A DNA stretch of 64,000 nt from NCBI GenBank assembly GCA_035934535.1, contig DASYXS010000165.1, forward strand, positions 36 to 64,035. The letters are read 5' to 3'. Shown here in pieces: positions 1 through 8,929 of this stretch. Under the pieces are notes generated by a model. The model searched no databases and was not told the DNA's origin. It saw only the letters and a program-made list of their open reading frames with translations. Source of the DNA: a bacterium (GTDB lineage: Bacteria; Sysuimicrobiota; Sysuimicrobiia; Sysuimicrobiales; Segetimicrobiaceae). Positions within the stretch are counted from its first letter, which is position 1, and every line of letters begins with the position of its first letter. Position numbers and translations under genes: made by a program.

Positions 1-275
1 ATACTCACGCGGGCGGGCGGCCCGGTGGGGCGCGCGTTTGGGCGGGTGCCGCAGCAGCCGGATCGCGGCCGTGCGCTCTCGATGGGTACCCCGGCAGCAC
101 TCATCCAAGAGCTGGCTCTTGTCACGGCGTGAGGCCAGGCGATAGCGAGGACGAAGGGATGCCGCATATTCGCGCACACTGAGAGGACCCACGTTGCCTC
201 CTGGGCGCCGGTGACCGGCATTTTGAGGCAACGGTCTTCGCTTCGGTGTCGATAATTTTGAGGCACTTCGGTCGG

Positions 276-304
276 TTGAACGCGTAATCGCAGCGTGATA
301 CCAT
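276..304 (+). promoter_or_regulatory. putative sigma70-type promoter of rnpB (TTGAAC -35, TGaTACCAT extended -10)
   Basis: TTGAAC at 276-281, a 17-nt spacer, TG at 296-297 and TACCAT at 299-304. It ends a few nt before the rnpB P1 5' strand. The -35 to -10 geometry matches the nrdR and ileS promoters in this window. Confidence 0.4.
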
Positions 305-306
305 TT

Positions 307-662
307 GGCGGGAGCAGGCCAGGCGGCCGCGGAGACTTTATGTTCTCCGAGGAAAGTCCGGGCTCCATAGGGCAGGGTGCTGGGTAACGCCCAGTGGGGG
401 CGACCCCGAGGACAGTGCCACAGAAACATACCGCCGCCGCGCGAAGCGATTCGCCTGGCGGTAAGGGTGCAAGGGTGCGGTAAGAGCGCACCAGCGGCCG
501 GGCGACCGGCCGGCTCGGCAAACCCCACCCGGAGCAAGGTCACGTAGGGGGAAATGAGGCGGCCCGCCGATCCCCGGGTAGACTGCTGGAGGCGCCGGGT
601 AACCGGCGTCCGAGAGAGATGGCCGCCCTTGACAGAACCCGGCTTATCGGCCTGCTCCCGCT
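307..662 (+). ncRNA. rnpB: RNase P RNA, bacterial type A
   Basis: Universal motifs are present: GAGGAAAGTCCGGGCTCC (349-366), GGGTGCGGTAAGAGCGCACC (473-492) and ACAGAACCCGGCTTA (632-646). P1 pairs GCGGGAGCAGGCC (309-321) with GGCCTGCTCCCGC (649-661), followed by TTTT. Confidence 0.93.
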
Positions 663-743
663 TTTCAAGCCTCCGTTTCAACAGGACGCATCGGTAAGAC
701 GTCTTGCTCAACACGCGCTAACCGCAGAGAGGATCGGTGTCCG

Positions 744-1913
744 ATGAAGGGACTTCAGTTCGCCGCCGAGTGGGCGCCCAAGCCCGACTATCGCGTCTCC
801 GACTTCGAGGAACGGACCGGCAAGGCCGTGACTGGGTCGAGCATCTGGCGGCATCCCAAGTTAGGGTTGGTGGATGTGGTCGAACCGAAACTCGGGCCGC
901 AGGGCGTGCGGCTTCATCCTCGCGCCTGCGGCGTCTGCGGCTCCGACGTGCACTTCCTGGAAACCGACAGGGACGGATACATTCTCTACCCGGGCTTGAC
1001 GAAGTTCCCGGTCGTGATCGGGCACGAGTTCAGCGGCCAGGTCGTCGAAGTCGGCGCCGAGGTCAAGGATCTCCGCGCCGGCGACCTTGTCACCGTTGAA
1101 GAGATGATCTGGTGCGGTCACTGCATCCCGTGCCGCAACGGCTGGCCGAATCAGTGCGAGAATCTCGAAGAAATCGGCTTCACGATCAACGGCGCAATGG
1201 CGGATCAGCTCGTCGTCGGCGCCAAGTACTGCTGGCCGCTCACCGCGCTCGCGGAGGCGTACGGCGGCGAGGACGCGGCCTCCGAGGCCGGCGCGTTGTG
1301 CGAGCCGACCAGCGTGGCCTACAACGGCATGTTCGTGCGCGGCGAGGGCTTCCGGCCCGGCGGGATCGTGGCGGTGTTTGGCACGGGTCCGATCGGCTTC
1401 GCCGCGATCGCGCTCGCCCGCGCGGCGGGGGCGAGCCGGGTGGTCGCGTTCGAGGTCAGCCCGATGCGCCAGGCGCTCGCGCGCAAGGTCGGCGCGGACG
1501 AGGTGCACAGCCCCGTCGATCTGGAGAAGGCCGGCTCGAGCCCGCACGCCGTCATCCTCGAGGCCAGCAAGGGCCGCGGGGCGGACATGATGGTGGAAGC
1601 CGCGGGCGCGCCGACGCGGACCGTGCCGGAGATGGAGCAGGCGCTCGCGATCGGCGGCCGGATCGTCATCATCGGCCGCGCGGCGGAGCGCGCGCCGATG
1701 TACCTCGAGCACCTGCAGACCCACGCGGCGCAGGTCTACGGCGCGCAGGGCCACTCCGGGTACGGCACCTTCCAGAACGTGATCCGTCTCATGGCGTCGG
1801 GGCGCATCGATCTGCGGCCGATCATCACGAGCCGCTTCCCGCTCGCCGAGGCGCGCGACGCGGTGCTGCGGGCGAGCAAACGTCAGGACGGTAAAGTGAT
1901 GGTCCGGATCTGA
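744..1913 (+). CDS. zinc-dependent alcohol/polyol dehydrogenase (MDR family)
   Basis: 389-aa ORF with the motifs CGVCGSDVH, GHEFSGQVVEVG and CGHCIPC, and a GTGPIG Rossmann loop. A purine-rich RBS-like GAGAGG lies upstream. Confidence 0.85.
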   Translation: MKGLQFAAEWAPKPDYRVSDFEERTGKAVTGSSIWRHPKLGLVDVVEPKLGPQGVRLHPRACGVCGSDVHFLETDRDGYILYPGLTKFPVVIGHEFSGQVVEVGAEVKDLRAGDLVTVEEMIWCGHCIPCRNGWPNQCENLEEIGFTINGAMADQLVVGAKYCWPLTALAEAYGGEDAASEAGALCEPTSVAYNGMFVRGEGFRPGGIVAVFGTGPIGFAAIALARAAGASRVVAFEVSPMRQALARKVGADEVHSPVDLEKAGSSPHAVILEASKGRGADMMVEAAGAPTRTVPEMEQALAIGGRIVIIGRAAERAPMYLEHLQTHAAQVYGAQGHSGYGTFQNVIRLMASGRIDLRPIITSRFPLAEARDAVLRASKRQDGKVMVRI

Positions 1914-2728
1914 CCCGCTACCGGCTGCTCGTCACCGACGTCGACGGCACGCTCGTCCCCGAGAACAAGATCGTGCCGCCGGGAGTGATCGACGCGATCC
2001 ACCGCGCCCAGGACCGGGGGATCAAGGTGTGCCTCGCGACCGGCCGGCCGTGGCAGGCCACGCAGCCGTTCGTGGAAGCCGTGGGCGCGGATTCGCCGGT
2101 CATCATCTACAATGGTGGGCTCGTCTACGACTTCGCGGGCGACCGCGTCCTCGCCCGGACGGCGTTGCCGCAGGCGGTGGCTCGGGCGGTGCTGCCGGTG
2201 CTGAAGCGGTTCTCTGACACCTCGCCGCTGCTTTTCCTCCACGGCCAGGTGTACGCGGAGCGGATCACGCCGCTGACCGAGCTGTACGCGCATCGGGACC
2301 GGCCGCTGGTCATCCAAAAGACGCCGAGTTTTCAGGCCCTGCTCGACGCATCGCCGGACGAGGATCCGCTGAAGATGCTGATCATTGGCGGGGCGCCGGA
2401 TCTCAAAGCGATGGACGAGGCGCTCGGAGCGCTGCCGATGCCGGTCAACCGCGTGTTCTCCCAAAAGGACTACCTCGAGATTCTTCCGGCGGGAAACAAC
2501 AAGGGGCGGGCGCTGCCGGTGCTGGCCGCGGCCGTGGGCGTGACGGTCGGCGAGACGGTCGCCGTCGGCGACGCGCACAACGACCTCGCGATGATTCAGG
2601 CCGCCGGGCTCGGAGTGGCCGTGGAGACCAGCCCGCCGGACGTTGTCGCCGCCGCGGCGTGGACGTGTCCGCCGCCGGAACGGGAAGGCCTGCGCGTTGT
2701 GATCGACCGGCTGTTCTTCAGCGAGTAA
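1910..2728 (+). CDS. Cof-type HAD-IIB family hydrolase (sugar-phosphate phosphatase-like). Start inferred at CTG 1910.
   Basis: Frame-2 translation reads (L)TRYRLLVTDVDGTLV...LATGRPW...GDAHNDLAM, i.e. HAD motifs I and IV. Catalytic DxDGT lies upstream of the first canonical start (GTG 1973). The frame opens after TAA 1892-1894 and has no ATG/GTG/TTG before the motif. Confidence 0.75.
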   Translation: MTRYRLLVTDVDGTLVPENKIVPPGVIDAIHRAQDRGIKVCLATGRPWQATQPFVEAVGADSPVIIYNGGLVYDFAGDRVLARTALPQAVARAVLPVLKRFSDTSPLLFLHGQVYAERITPLTELYAHRDRPLVIQKTPSFQALLDASPDEDPLKMLIIGGAPDLKAMDEALGALPMPVNRVFSQKDYLEILPAGNNKGRALPVLAAAVGVTVGETVAVGDAHNDLAMIQAAGLGVAVETSPPDVVAAAAWTCPPPEREGLRVVIDRLFFSE

Positions 2729-2782
2729 GGACACGGCGAGCCGGGCGGCGGGAGCCGTCCGAAGGCCGGGTAGGAGGCGTCG

Positions 2783-3562
2783 ATGAGCCGGGGGATCGCG
2801 GTGTTCGCCGGCATTCCGGCAGACGTGATTCGCGCCTCGGCGCGCGAAACCGAGGCGCTCGGCTATCAGTCGTTCTGGGTGAACCATCCGCCGATGATCG
2901 ACGGGCTGGCCGCGCTCGCCGCGGCGGCCCGCGAGACCCGCCGTCTCGACCTGGGGGTCGGCGTGATTCCGCTGCACAATCGCGGGCCGAAGAGCATCGG
3001 CGACGGGGTGCGGACGAACGCCCTGCCGCAGGACCGGTTGCTGCTCGGCATCGGGAGCGCGAATCCGGAGGCGCTGCGCCGGATGCGGGAGGGGGTCGCG
3101 GAGCTTCGCGGGTCGCTCTCGTGCCGCGTATACGCCGCGGCCCTCGGGCCGAAGATGTGCCGGCTGGCCGGCGAGCTGTTCGACGGCGTGCTGCTCAACT
3201 GGCTTACCCCAGATCACGCCCGCCGCTCCGCGGAGTGGGTGCGTGCCGGGGCCGCCGAGGCGCGGCGCCCCGCACCGCGCCTCGCGGCCTACGTTCGGGT
3301 GGCGATCGGCCCGGCCGCGCGCGCGCGCCTCGCGGGCGAGGCCGGGCGGTACGGCGCGATTCCCGCGTACGCGGCGAGCTTCAAGCGCATGGGGGTCGCG
3401 CCGATGGAGACCTGCGTCGCGGTCGACGATCCGCACGCGGTGCCGCCGGCGCTCGCCGCATGGGACGAGGCGATCGATGACGTTGTCATCCGGGTGATCC
3501 CCGCCTCCGATACCGCAGACGACCATCTTGCCGTCGTGCGGGCGGCCCGACCGGTGACGTGA
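2783..3562 (+). CDS. luciferase-like monooxygenase (LLM) family oxidoreductase
   Basis: 259-aa ORF. The N-terminus (ETEALGYQSFWVNHP, LDLGVGVIPL) is typical of LLM/F420-type TIM-barrel oxidoreductases. Confidence 0.6.
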   Translation: MSRGIAVFAGIPADVIRASARETEALGYQSFWVNHPPMIDGLAALAAAARETRRLDLGVGVIPLHNRGPKSIGDGVRTNALPQDRLLLGIGSANPEALRRMREGVAELRGSLSCRVYAAALGPKMCRLAGELFDGVLLNWLTPDHARRSAEWVRAGAAEARRPAPRLAAYVRVAIGPAARARLAGEAGRYGAIPAYAASFKRMGVAPMETCVAVDDPHAVPPALAAWDEAIDDVVIRVIPASDTADDHLAVVRAARPVT

Positions 3563-3601
3563 TGCGGGCCGGGCCGCGCCCCACGCGGCGCACGCCGACC
3601 G

Positions 3602-4462
3602 ATGCCTGAGCTTCCGTTTGTCACGGTCGTCGTCGAAAATCTCGCGCCGCTCGTGGCCGGGCGGACCGTCGAGGACGTCGTCGTCCGCGGGGTGTCGGTG
3701 TTGAAGACGGTCCAACCGTCGATCGCCGATCTGCACGGCCGGCAGATCGCCGGCGTGCGCCGGCGCGCCAAGCTCCTGTTGCTCGACGTCACGGACGGCC
3801 TCGTGCTCGTGATCCACCTCCGGCGCAACGGCCGCCTCCGCGCCGTCCCGCGCGGAACCGGGCGCACCGCGCGGGACCTGGCACTCGTGCTGGCGCTCGA
3901 TCGCGGACCGGACATCCAGATGATCGAGATGGGCCCGAAGAAGGCCGCCTCGGTCTGGCTGTGTCCCGCGGACCGCCTGGACACGGCCGGGCCCCTTGCC
4001 GGCCTCGGCATCGAGCCGCTCTCCCCCGAATTCACTCGGGCAGCGCTCGCGGGGGCGCTGCGGGGCGCGCGGATGCGCCTCAAAGCCTTTCTCGTGACCC
4101 AGCGGTACGTCGTGGGGATCGGCAACACGTATGCGGACGAGATCCTGTGGGAGGCGCGTCTCTCGCCGCAGGCGATGACGACCACCCTCGACGAGGACGA
4201 GGTGCGCCGGCTCCACCACGCGATCACCGCGATCCTCGAGCGCGGCATCGACGTCCACCGGAGCGCAGCCGCCGGCGGGCTGCCGATGAAAGAGCCGCTC
4301 GAGGGTCTCGCGGTGCACCGTAAGGGCGGCGAGCCGTGTCCGCGGTGCGGGACCCGCATCGCCGTGATCTACTACGAGGACCGAGAGACGTATTACTGTC
4401 CGGCCTGCCAGGCGGAGGGCAAGGTCTACGCGGACCGGAGGCGCTCGCGGCTGCTTCGTTAG
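3602..4462 (+). CDS. Fpg/Nei family DNA glycosylase/AP lyase
   Basis: N-terminal MPELPFV (catalytic Pro2/Glu3), an H2TH region (GIGNTYADEILWEARLSP) and a C-terminal zinc finger CPRCG...YYCPACQ. Confidence 0.88.
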   Translation: MPELPFVTVVVENLAPLVAGRTVEDVVVRGVSVLKTVQPSIADLHGRQIAGVRRRAKLLLLDVTDGLVLVIHLRRNGRLRAVPRGTGRTARDLALVLALDRGPDIQMIEMGPKKAASVWLCPADRLDTAGPLAGLGIEPLSPEFTRAALAGALRGARMRLKAFLVTQRYVVGIGNTYADEILWEARLSPQAMTTTLDEDEVRRLHHAITAILERGIDVHRSAAAGGLPMKEPLEGLAVHRKGGEPCPRCGTRIAVIYYEDRETYYCPACQAEGKVYADRRRSRLLR

Positions 4463-4472
4463 AGCGGAGGCG

Positions 4473-5663
4473 GTGAACATGCGGTACAAGTACGTCATCG
4501 TGGGCGGCGGCATGACGGCGGACGCCGCGATCGAGGGCATTCGTCAGGCCGATCCGTCGGGCTCCATCGCGCTCCTCGGGTCCGAGACACACCCGCCGTA
4601 CAATCGTCCCCCGCTGACCAAGGCGCTCTGGAAGGGACAGCCGCTCGACAGCATCTGGCGCCGCCCGAGCCCGCAGGGCGTGGATCTGCGCCTCGGCCGG
4701 ACCGTCGCGGTCCTCGATCCGCGGCAGCGGCGCGTGACCGACGATCAGGGCACGACCTACGAGTGGGAGAAGCTCCTGCTCGCAACGGGCGGGACCCCTC
4801 GGCGGCTCGACGGCGGCGACGGCGGCCGCGTCATCTACTACCGGACGCTCGACGACTATACGCGGCTTCGCGCGCTGACCGAGCAGGGTGAGCAATTTGC
4901 CGTGATCGGCGCGGGGTTCATCGGCTCGGAAATCGCGGCCGCGCTCGCGATGAACAACAAGCGTGTCGCGCTGCTCTTCCCGGGCGAGGGTCTCGGCGGG
5001 CGCGTCTACCCGCCCGACCTCTCGCGGTTCCTCAACGAGTTCTATCGGGACAAAGGCGTCGACGTGCGGCCGGGGCAGCGGATCGCCGGCGTGGAGGCCG
5101 CGGGTGACAAGACGCGCGTCCGAACGCAGAGCGGGCCGGATCTGCTCGTCGACGGCGTCGTGGCGGGCCTCGGCATCGAGCCGAACACAGGGCTGGCCCG
5201 CGCGGCGGGCCTCGAGACGAACGACGGAGTGGTCGTCGACGAGATGCTGCGCACAAGCCATCCCGACGTTTACGCGGCCGGTGACGTGGCGCTGTTTCAG
5301 AACCCCGCGCTCGGCCGCCGCATTCGCGTGGAGCACGAGGACAACGCCAACACGATGGGCAAGACCGCGGGACGGAACATGGCCGGCGAGGCCGGCCCGT
5401 ATCATCATCTGCCGTTCTTCTATTCCGATCTCTTCGACCTCGGCTACGAGGCGGTGGGGGACCTGGATCCGCGGCTCGAGACGTTTGCCGACTGGAAGCT
5501 GCCCAACCGGGAGGGCGTCGTGTACTACCTGCAGCACGGCCGGGTTCGCGGAGTGCTTCTGTGGAACACGTGGGACCAGGTGGAGGCGGCGCGGCGGCTG
5601 ATCGCGGAACCGGGGCCGTTCCGGCCCGCTGACCTCAAAGGCCGGCTGCCGGCGCACACATGA
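4473..5663 (+). CDS. FAD-dependent pyridine nucleotide-disulfide oxidoreductase (ferredoxin reductase/AIF-like)
   Basis: Two dinucleotide-binding motifs, VIVGGGMTAD and VIGAGFIGSEIAAAL, plus AAGDVA. GGAGG RBS at 4463-4467. ATG 4479 is an alternative start. Confidence 0.8.
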   Translation: MNMRYKYVIVGGGMTADAAIEGIRQADPSGSIALLGSETHPPYNRPPLTKALWKGQPLDSIWRRPSPQGVDLRLGRTVAVLDPRQRRVTDDQGTTYEWEKLLLATGGTPRRLDGGDGGRVIYYRTLDDYTRLRALTEQGEQFAVIGAGFIGSEIAAALAMNNKRVALLFPGEGLGGRVYPPDLSRFLNEFYRDKGVDVRPGQRIAGVEAAGDKTRVRTQSGPDLLVDGVVAGLGIEPNTGLARAAGLETNDGVVVDEMLRTSHPDVYAAGDVALFQNPALGRRIRVEHEDNANTMGKTAGRNMAGEAGPYHHLPFFYSDLFDLGYEAVGDLDPRLETFADWKLPNREGVVYYLQHGRVRGVLLWNTWDQVEAARRLIAEPGPFRPADLKGRLPAHT

Positions 5664-6829
5664 GCCGGCCCGAGGCGACCTTTCATCGTGACGAAGCGGT
5701 TGCCCGCGTGCTCGCCGCCTGGCGCGGCGAGATCCAAGCGCGGCTGGCGTACGAATTGCTGGCGGCGCGCGAGCGCGATCCCGACCGGGCGAAGGTGCTG
5801 CGGCGGATGGCCGAGGGCGAGCGCGGACACCGCGAGCGCCTCGAGGCGCGCCTGAAAGAGCTCGGCGCGGCCGTGCCCGATCCGGCCTCGGTGCGCCTGC
5901 CGCTGTGGACGCGTCTGCAGATCCGCCTCGCCCCGACGGAAAAGGTCCTCGCCTGGCGCGAATCGCTCGAAAACGACGAGGTCGCGGACACGTACGGCCG
6001 CCCGACCGGCGACGCGGCGACGGATCATTTGTTCGAGGAGATTCGCAAGGACGAGCGCGCCCACTCGCTGGCCGCCGACGAGATGCGCTCTGGCGCGGTG
6101 GCCGGCGTCGAAACGCCGGAAGGACACCTCAAGCGCATCCTCGGCCGGGAGCGCTGGCACCAGGCGGGATCCAGCTGGATCTCGGGCGCCGTGTACGGCG
6201 CGAACGACGGGCTCGGCGCGGTGTTCGGAATCGTGGCGGGCGTCTCCGGCGCGACCGGCGGGTCGAGCTTCGTGCTGACGGCCGGCCTCGCCGGAGCGGT
6301 TGCCTCGGCGCTGTCCATGGCGGTCGGCGCCTTTCTCGCCGAGCGCTCGTCGTCCGAAGTGGCGGCGGCCAACGTCGCCGGAGAGCGCCGGGAGATCGAG
6401 GAAAACCCCGAGGAAGAGCGGCAGGAGATGTCGCTGTTCTACCAGTTGAAGGGCCTGCCGGAGAAAGAGGCGGACGATCTGGCCGCGCGGCTCGGCGCAA
6501 CGCCGGAAACGATGCTCCGGACGATGGTGACCGAAGAGTTGGGTGGCACCGGTGAAGGCGGCAATCCCATCCAGGCCGGCATCGCGGCGGGAGTGAGCAC
6601 CGGCCTCGGGGCGTTCATCCCGGTGCTGCCGTTCTTCTGGCTGCACGGTACCCCGGCGGTGCTGTGGGCCGCGATGATCTCGCTCGTCGCGCACTTTCTG
6701 GTCGGCGCCGCGAAGTCGCTGTTCACGCTGCGCAGCTGGTGGTCGTCCGGCCTCGAGATGACCGCGGCGGGGCTGATCGTCGGCGGGGCGACCTACGCGC
6801 TCGGCGTGGTGTTCAAAGTCGCGACGTGA
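5660..6829 (+). CDS. mbfA: membrane-bound ferritin-like/VIT1 (CCC1) fusion iron transporter (MbfA type)
   Basis: The N-terminal rubrerythrin-like domain carries two ExxH motifs (EGERGH, DERAH). The C-terminal VIT1 domain has GANDGLGAVFGIVAGV plus TM helices. ATGA overlap with the upstream gene. Confidence 0.8.
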   Translation: MSRPEATFHRDEAVARVLAAWRGEIQARLAYELLAARERDPDRAKVLRRMAEGERGHRERLEARLKELGAAVPDPASVRLPLWTRLQIRLAPTEKVLAWRESLENDEVADTYGRPTGDAATDHLFEEIRKDERAHSLAADEMRSGAVAGVETPEGHLKRILGRERWHQAGSSWISGAVYGANDGLGAVFGIVAGVSGATGGSSFVLTAGLAGAVASALSMAVGAFLAERSSSEVAAANVAGERREIEENPEEERQEMSLFYQLKGLPEKEADDLAARLGATPETMLRTMVTEELGGTGEGGNPIQAGIAAGVSTGLGAFIPVLPFFWLHGTPAVLWAAMISLVAHFLVGAAKSLFTLRSWWSSGLEMTAAGLIVGGATYALGVVFKVAT

Positions 6830-6848
6830 GGATGTCCTCGGGCGCGCG

Positions 6849-7673
6849 TTGAGCGTCCGGCGTCTCCTCAATTACACGGTCGCCGCGGCGGCCGGCGTCC
6901 GGCCACGGTCCGGGTTGCTCGTTCTGCACGGGTTCTTCGGCGCCGGCCGGAATTGGACGACCGTCGCGCGCGGTCTGGCGAAAGCCCGTCCGGACTGGGG
7001 CGCGGTGCTCGTCGATCTCCGGTTGCACGGCGCGTCGCAGGGTTTCCCTCCGCCGCACACGCTAGACGGCTGCGCCGATGACCTCGCCGTCCTCACCCAG
7101 GCGCTGGACACACCGGTCCGGGCGGTGCTTGGACATTCCTTCGGCGGCAAGGTCGCGCTGACGTACCTCGCGCACCGGCCGCCCGGCCTCCGTCAGATAT
7201 GGATCGTCGACGCTGACCCGTCCGCCGGTTCACCGCTGGGCGCCGCCTGGGAGATGCTGCGGGCGGTCGAGGCGCTGCCGCCGGTGTTTCGCCGCCGCGA
7301 GGACTTCGTCGCGGCGCTCGAGCGCTCGGGGTTCGACCGCCGGATCGGGGAGTGGATGGCGACGAACCTCGAACCCGCGGAGCGCGGCTATCGATGGCGG
7401 CTCGACGTCGCGGCGCTCGAGGCGCTGCTCCGGGATTTCTTCCGGGCGGACCTCTGGAGTGTGGTGGAACAGACGCCGCCCGGTGTGGAGTTGCGTGTCA
7501 TCAGAGCGACGCGGTCGAGCGTCATCCCGGAGGCGTCGGTGGCTCGGCTGGAGGCGATCGGACGGGCGACCGGCCGCGTCTTCGTCGACCGCGTGACCGG
7601 CGGCCACTGGCTCAACGCCGACAATCCGGAGGCCGTCACGGCGCTCTTGGCGGCCCGACTCCCCGCAGCGTAG
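6849..7673 (+). CDS. alpha/beta-fold hydrolase
   Basis: LVLHGFFGAGRNW oxyanion region and the nucleophile elbow GHSFGG. TTG start as listed in the ORF track. Confidence 0.75.
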   Translation: MSVRRLLNYTVAAAAGVRPRSGLLVLHGFFGAGRNWTTVARGLAKARPDWGAVLVDLRLHGASQGFPPPHTLDGCADDLAVLTQALDTPVRAVLGHSFGGKVALTYLAHRPPGLRQIWIVDADPSAGSPLGAAWEMLRAVEALPPVFRRREDFVAALERSGFDRRIGEWMATNLEPAERGYRWRLDVAALEALLRDFFRADLWSVVEQTPPGVELRVIRATRSSVIPEASVARLEAIGRATGRVFVDRVTGGHWLNADNPEAVTALLAARLPAA

Positions 7674-7676
7674 CGC

Positions 7677-7868
7677 ATGTGCATCACGCTGATTTCCACG
7701 ACGTTCCTCTTCGAACTCATTCTCTTTGTGGTGGTGTTCTTGATGCTCCGGCTGCGCCATCCGTGGGGCGGCCGTGTTACGGCGTGGGTCGTCGCCGTCG
7801 CGTCGATCTTGTTCCTGGCGAGCTTCGCGTTCTTGGGGGTGCTCGGCCTGGGCTACGGCTGCATTTGA
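7677..7868 (+). CDS. hypothetical small membrane protein (two predicted TM helices)
   Basis: 63-aa ORF, strongly hydrophobic (LFELILFVVVFLML / VVAVASILFLASFAFLGVLGL). It is locally more AT-rich and no family was recognised. Confidence 0.35.
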   Translation: MCITLISTTFLFELILFVVVFLMLRLRHPWGGRVTAWVVAVASILFLASFAFLGVLGLGYGCI

Positions 7869-7963
7869 CCCGCGGCCCGCCCCGGCGGCCCGCGCCCCCG
7901 GGGCGAGGGAACCCTGTGCCCGTCCCGAAGTCTAGCGGCGAGACGAAATTTGCGGGGTGATGC

Positions 7964-8929
7964 GTGGCGAAGTGGACGATTCCGCCGAAAGGCGGGCACA
8001 TGGACAAGCGGACGGGCATCTATTTGCAGAACATGACGGGCCGTGAGGTGGACGAGCGCCTCGAGAAGAACGACATCCTGATCGTCCCGCTCGGCGCGAC
8101 CGAGACGCACGGCGCCCACGCGCCGCTCGGCGAGGACGTGTTCCTCGTCTGCCGGATGGCGGAAGAAGTCGCCGCGCGCACCGGCTGCACCGTCGCGCAG
8201 CCGGTGTGGTACGGGTCGCACCCGTACCACCATCTCGGCATGCAGGGTACGATCGTCATCCCCGAGGAGATCTTCGCCGGCTACGTCCGCGCGATGATCG
8301 CGGGGTTCTGGAACCTCGGCTTCCGCAAGCAGATTCTGCTGAACGGCCACGGCCAGGAGTACGTCATTCCCACGGCGATGCACCAGTTCGCGAAGAAGTA
8401 CCGCGTGCCGAGCCTGCTGCTGCTCGTCAACTGGTACCATCCGATCCGCGATCACTTCAAGCTCATCGGCGAGGGCGGCACGTACGAGACACCGTTTATC
8501 CACGGGGACGAGGTCGAGACGTCCTGGTCGCTCGCGCTGTTTCCCGACCTGATCGACATGAAGTACGCGCCCGACAACACTGTGCAGGGCTTCCTGCCCG
8601 GCGACCACGTCGACAAGGCGGGCAATTTGTTGAACCGTCCGATCAACTGGTACAGCCAGGTCGGCGCCGGCCCGATCGAGGTAAAGGCGTACATCGAGGG
8701 GGTCGTCGGCCGCAGCAGCATCGCGCGCGCCGAGAAAGCGTACCAGGGCGTGGAGCAGCTCCTCGACTACCTGGAGCGGCTGGTGACGGACGTGCACCGC
8801 ACCTTCCCGCCCGGCACGCTGCCGCCGATCGAGATGATGACGGAGCGGGATCCGCGCGAGCTCGACGCGGTGCTCAAGGGACCGCGCGCCGGCGGAAAGA
8901 GCATCTACAGCCTCGGCTATCCGCCGTGA
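7964..8929 (+). CDS. creatininase-family amidohydrolase
   Basis: LIVPLGATETHGAHAPLGEDV metal-binding signature of the creatininase/FAPy-deformylase/MftE family. ATG 8000 is an alternative start. Confidence 0.8.
   Translation: MAKWTIPPKGGHMDKRTGIYLQNMTGREVDERLEKNDILIVPLGATETHGAHAPLGEDVFLVCRMAEEVAARTGCTVAQPVWYGSHPYHHLGMQGTIVIPEEIFAGYVRAMIAGFWNLGFRKQILLNGHGQEYVIPTAMHQFAKKYRVPSLLLLVNWYHPIRDHFKLIGEGGTYETPFIHGDEVETSWSLALFPDLIDMKYAPDNTVQGFLPGDHVDKAGNLLNRPINWYSQVGAGPIEVKAYIEGVVGRSSIARAEKAYQGVEQLLDYLERLVTDVHRTFPPGTLPPIEMMTERDPRELDAVLKGPRAGGKSIYSLGYPP

Noticed and set aside
122-304. A 60-aa minus-strand ORF just upstream of rnpB.
   Set aside because: It has no motif and no RBS, and it overlaps the putative rnpB promoter region. 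It is probably spurious. The first ~120 nt of the window may hold the end of a gene, but I cannot identify it.
1883-4540. Very long antisense ORFs, for example 1883-4540 (-) at 885 aa, 19009-21522 (-) at 837 aa, 18828-20795 (-) at 655 aa and 51796-53544 (-) at 582 aa.
   Set aside because: They are R/P/A/G-rich and low-complexity with no recognisable motifs. Each lies opposite an ORF with clear family signatures. These are classic shadow ORFs caused by stop-codon scarcity in ~70% GC DNA.
5641-5675. CTGCCGGCGCACACATGAGCCGGCC at the FAD-reductase/mbfA junction, considered as a repeat remnant.
   Set aside because: Similarity is limited to short GC-rich strings plus CATGA. It cannot be distinguished from chance.
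7878-7905. GC hairpin CGCCCCGG-N12-CCGGGGCG after the small membrane ORF, considered as a terminator.
   Set aside because: It has an 8-bp stem but no downstream T-tract, so I cannot call it an intrinsic terminator. It may simply be a structured spacer.
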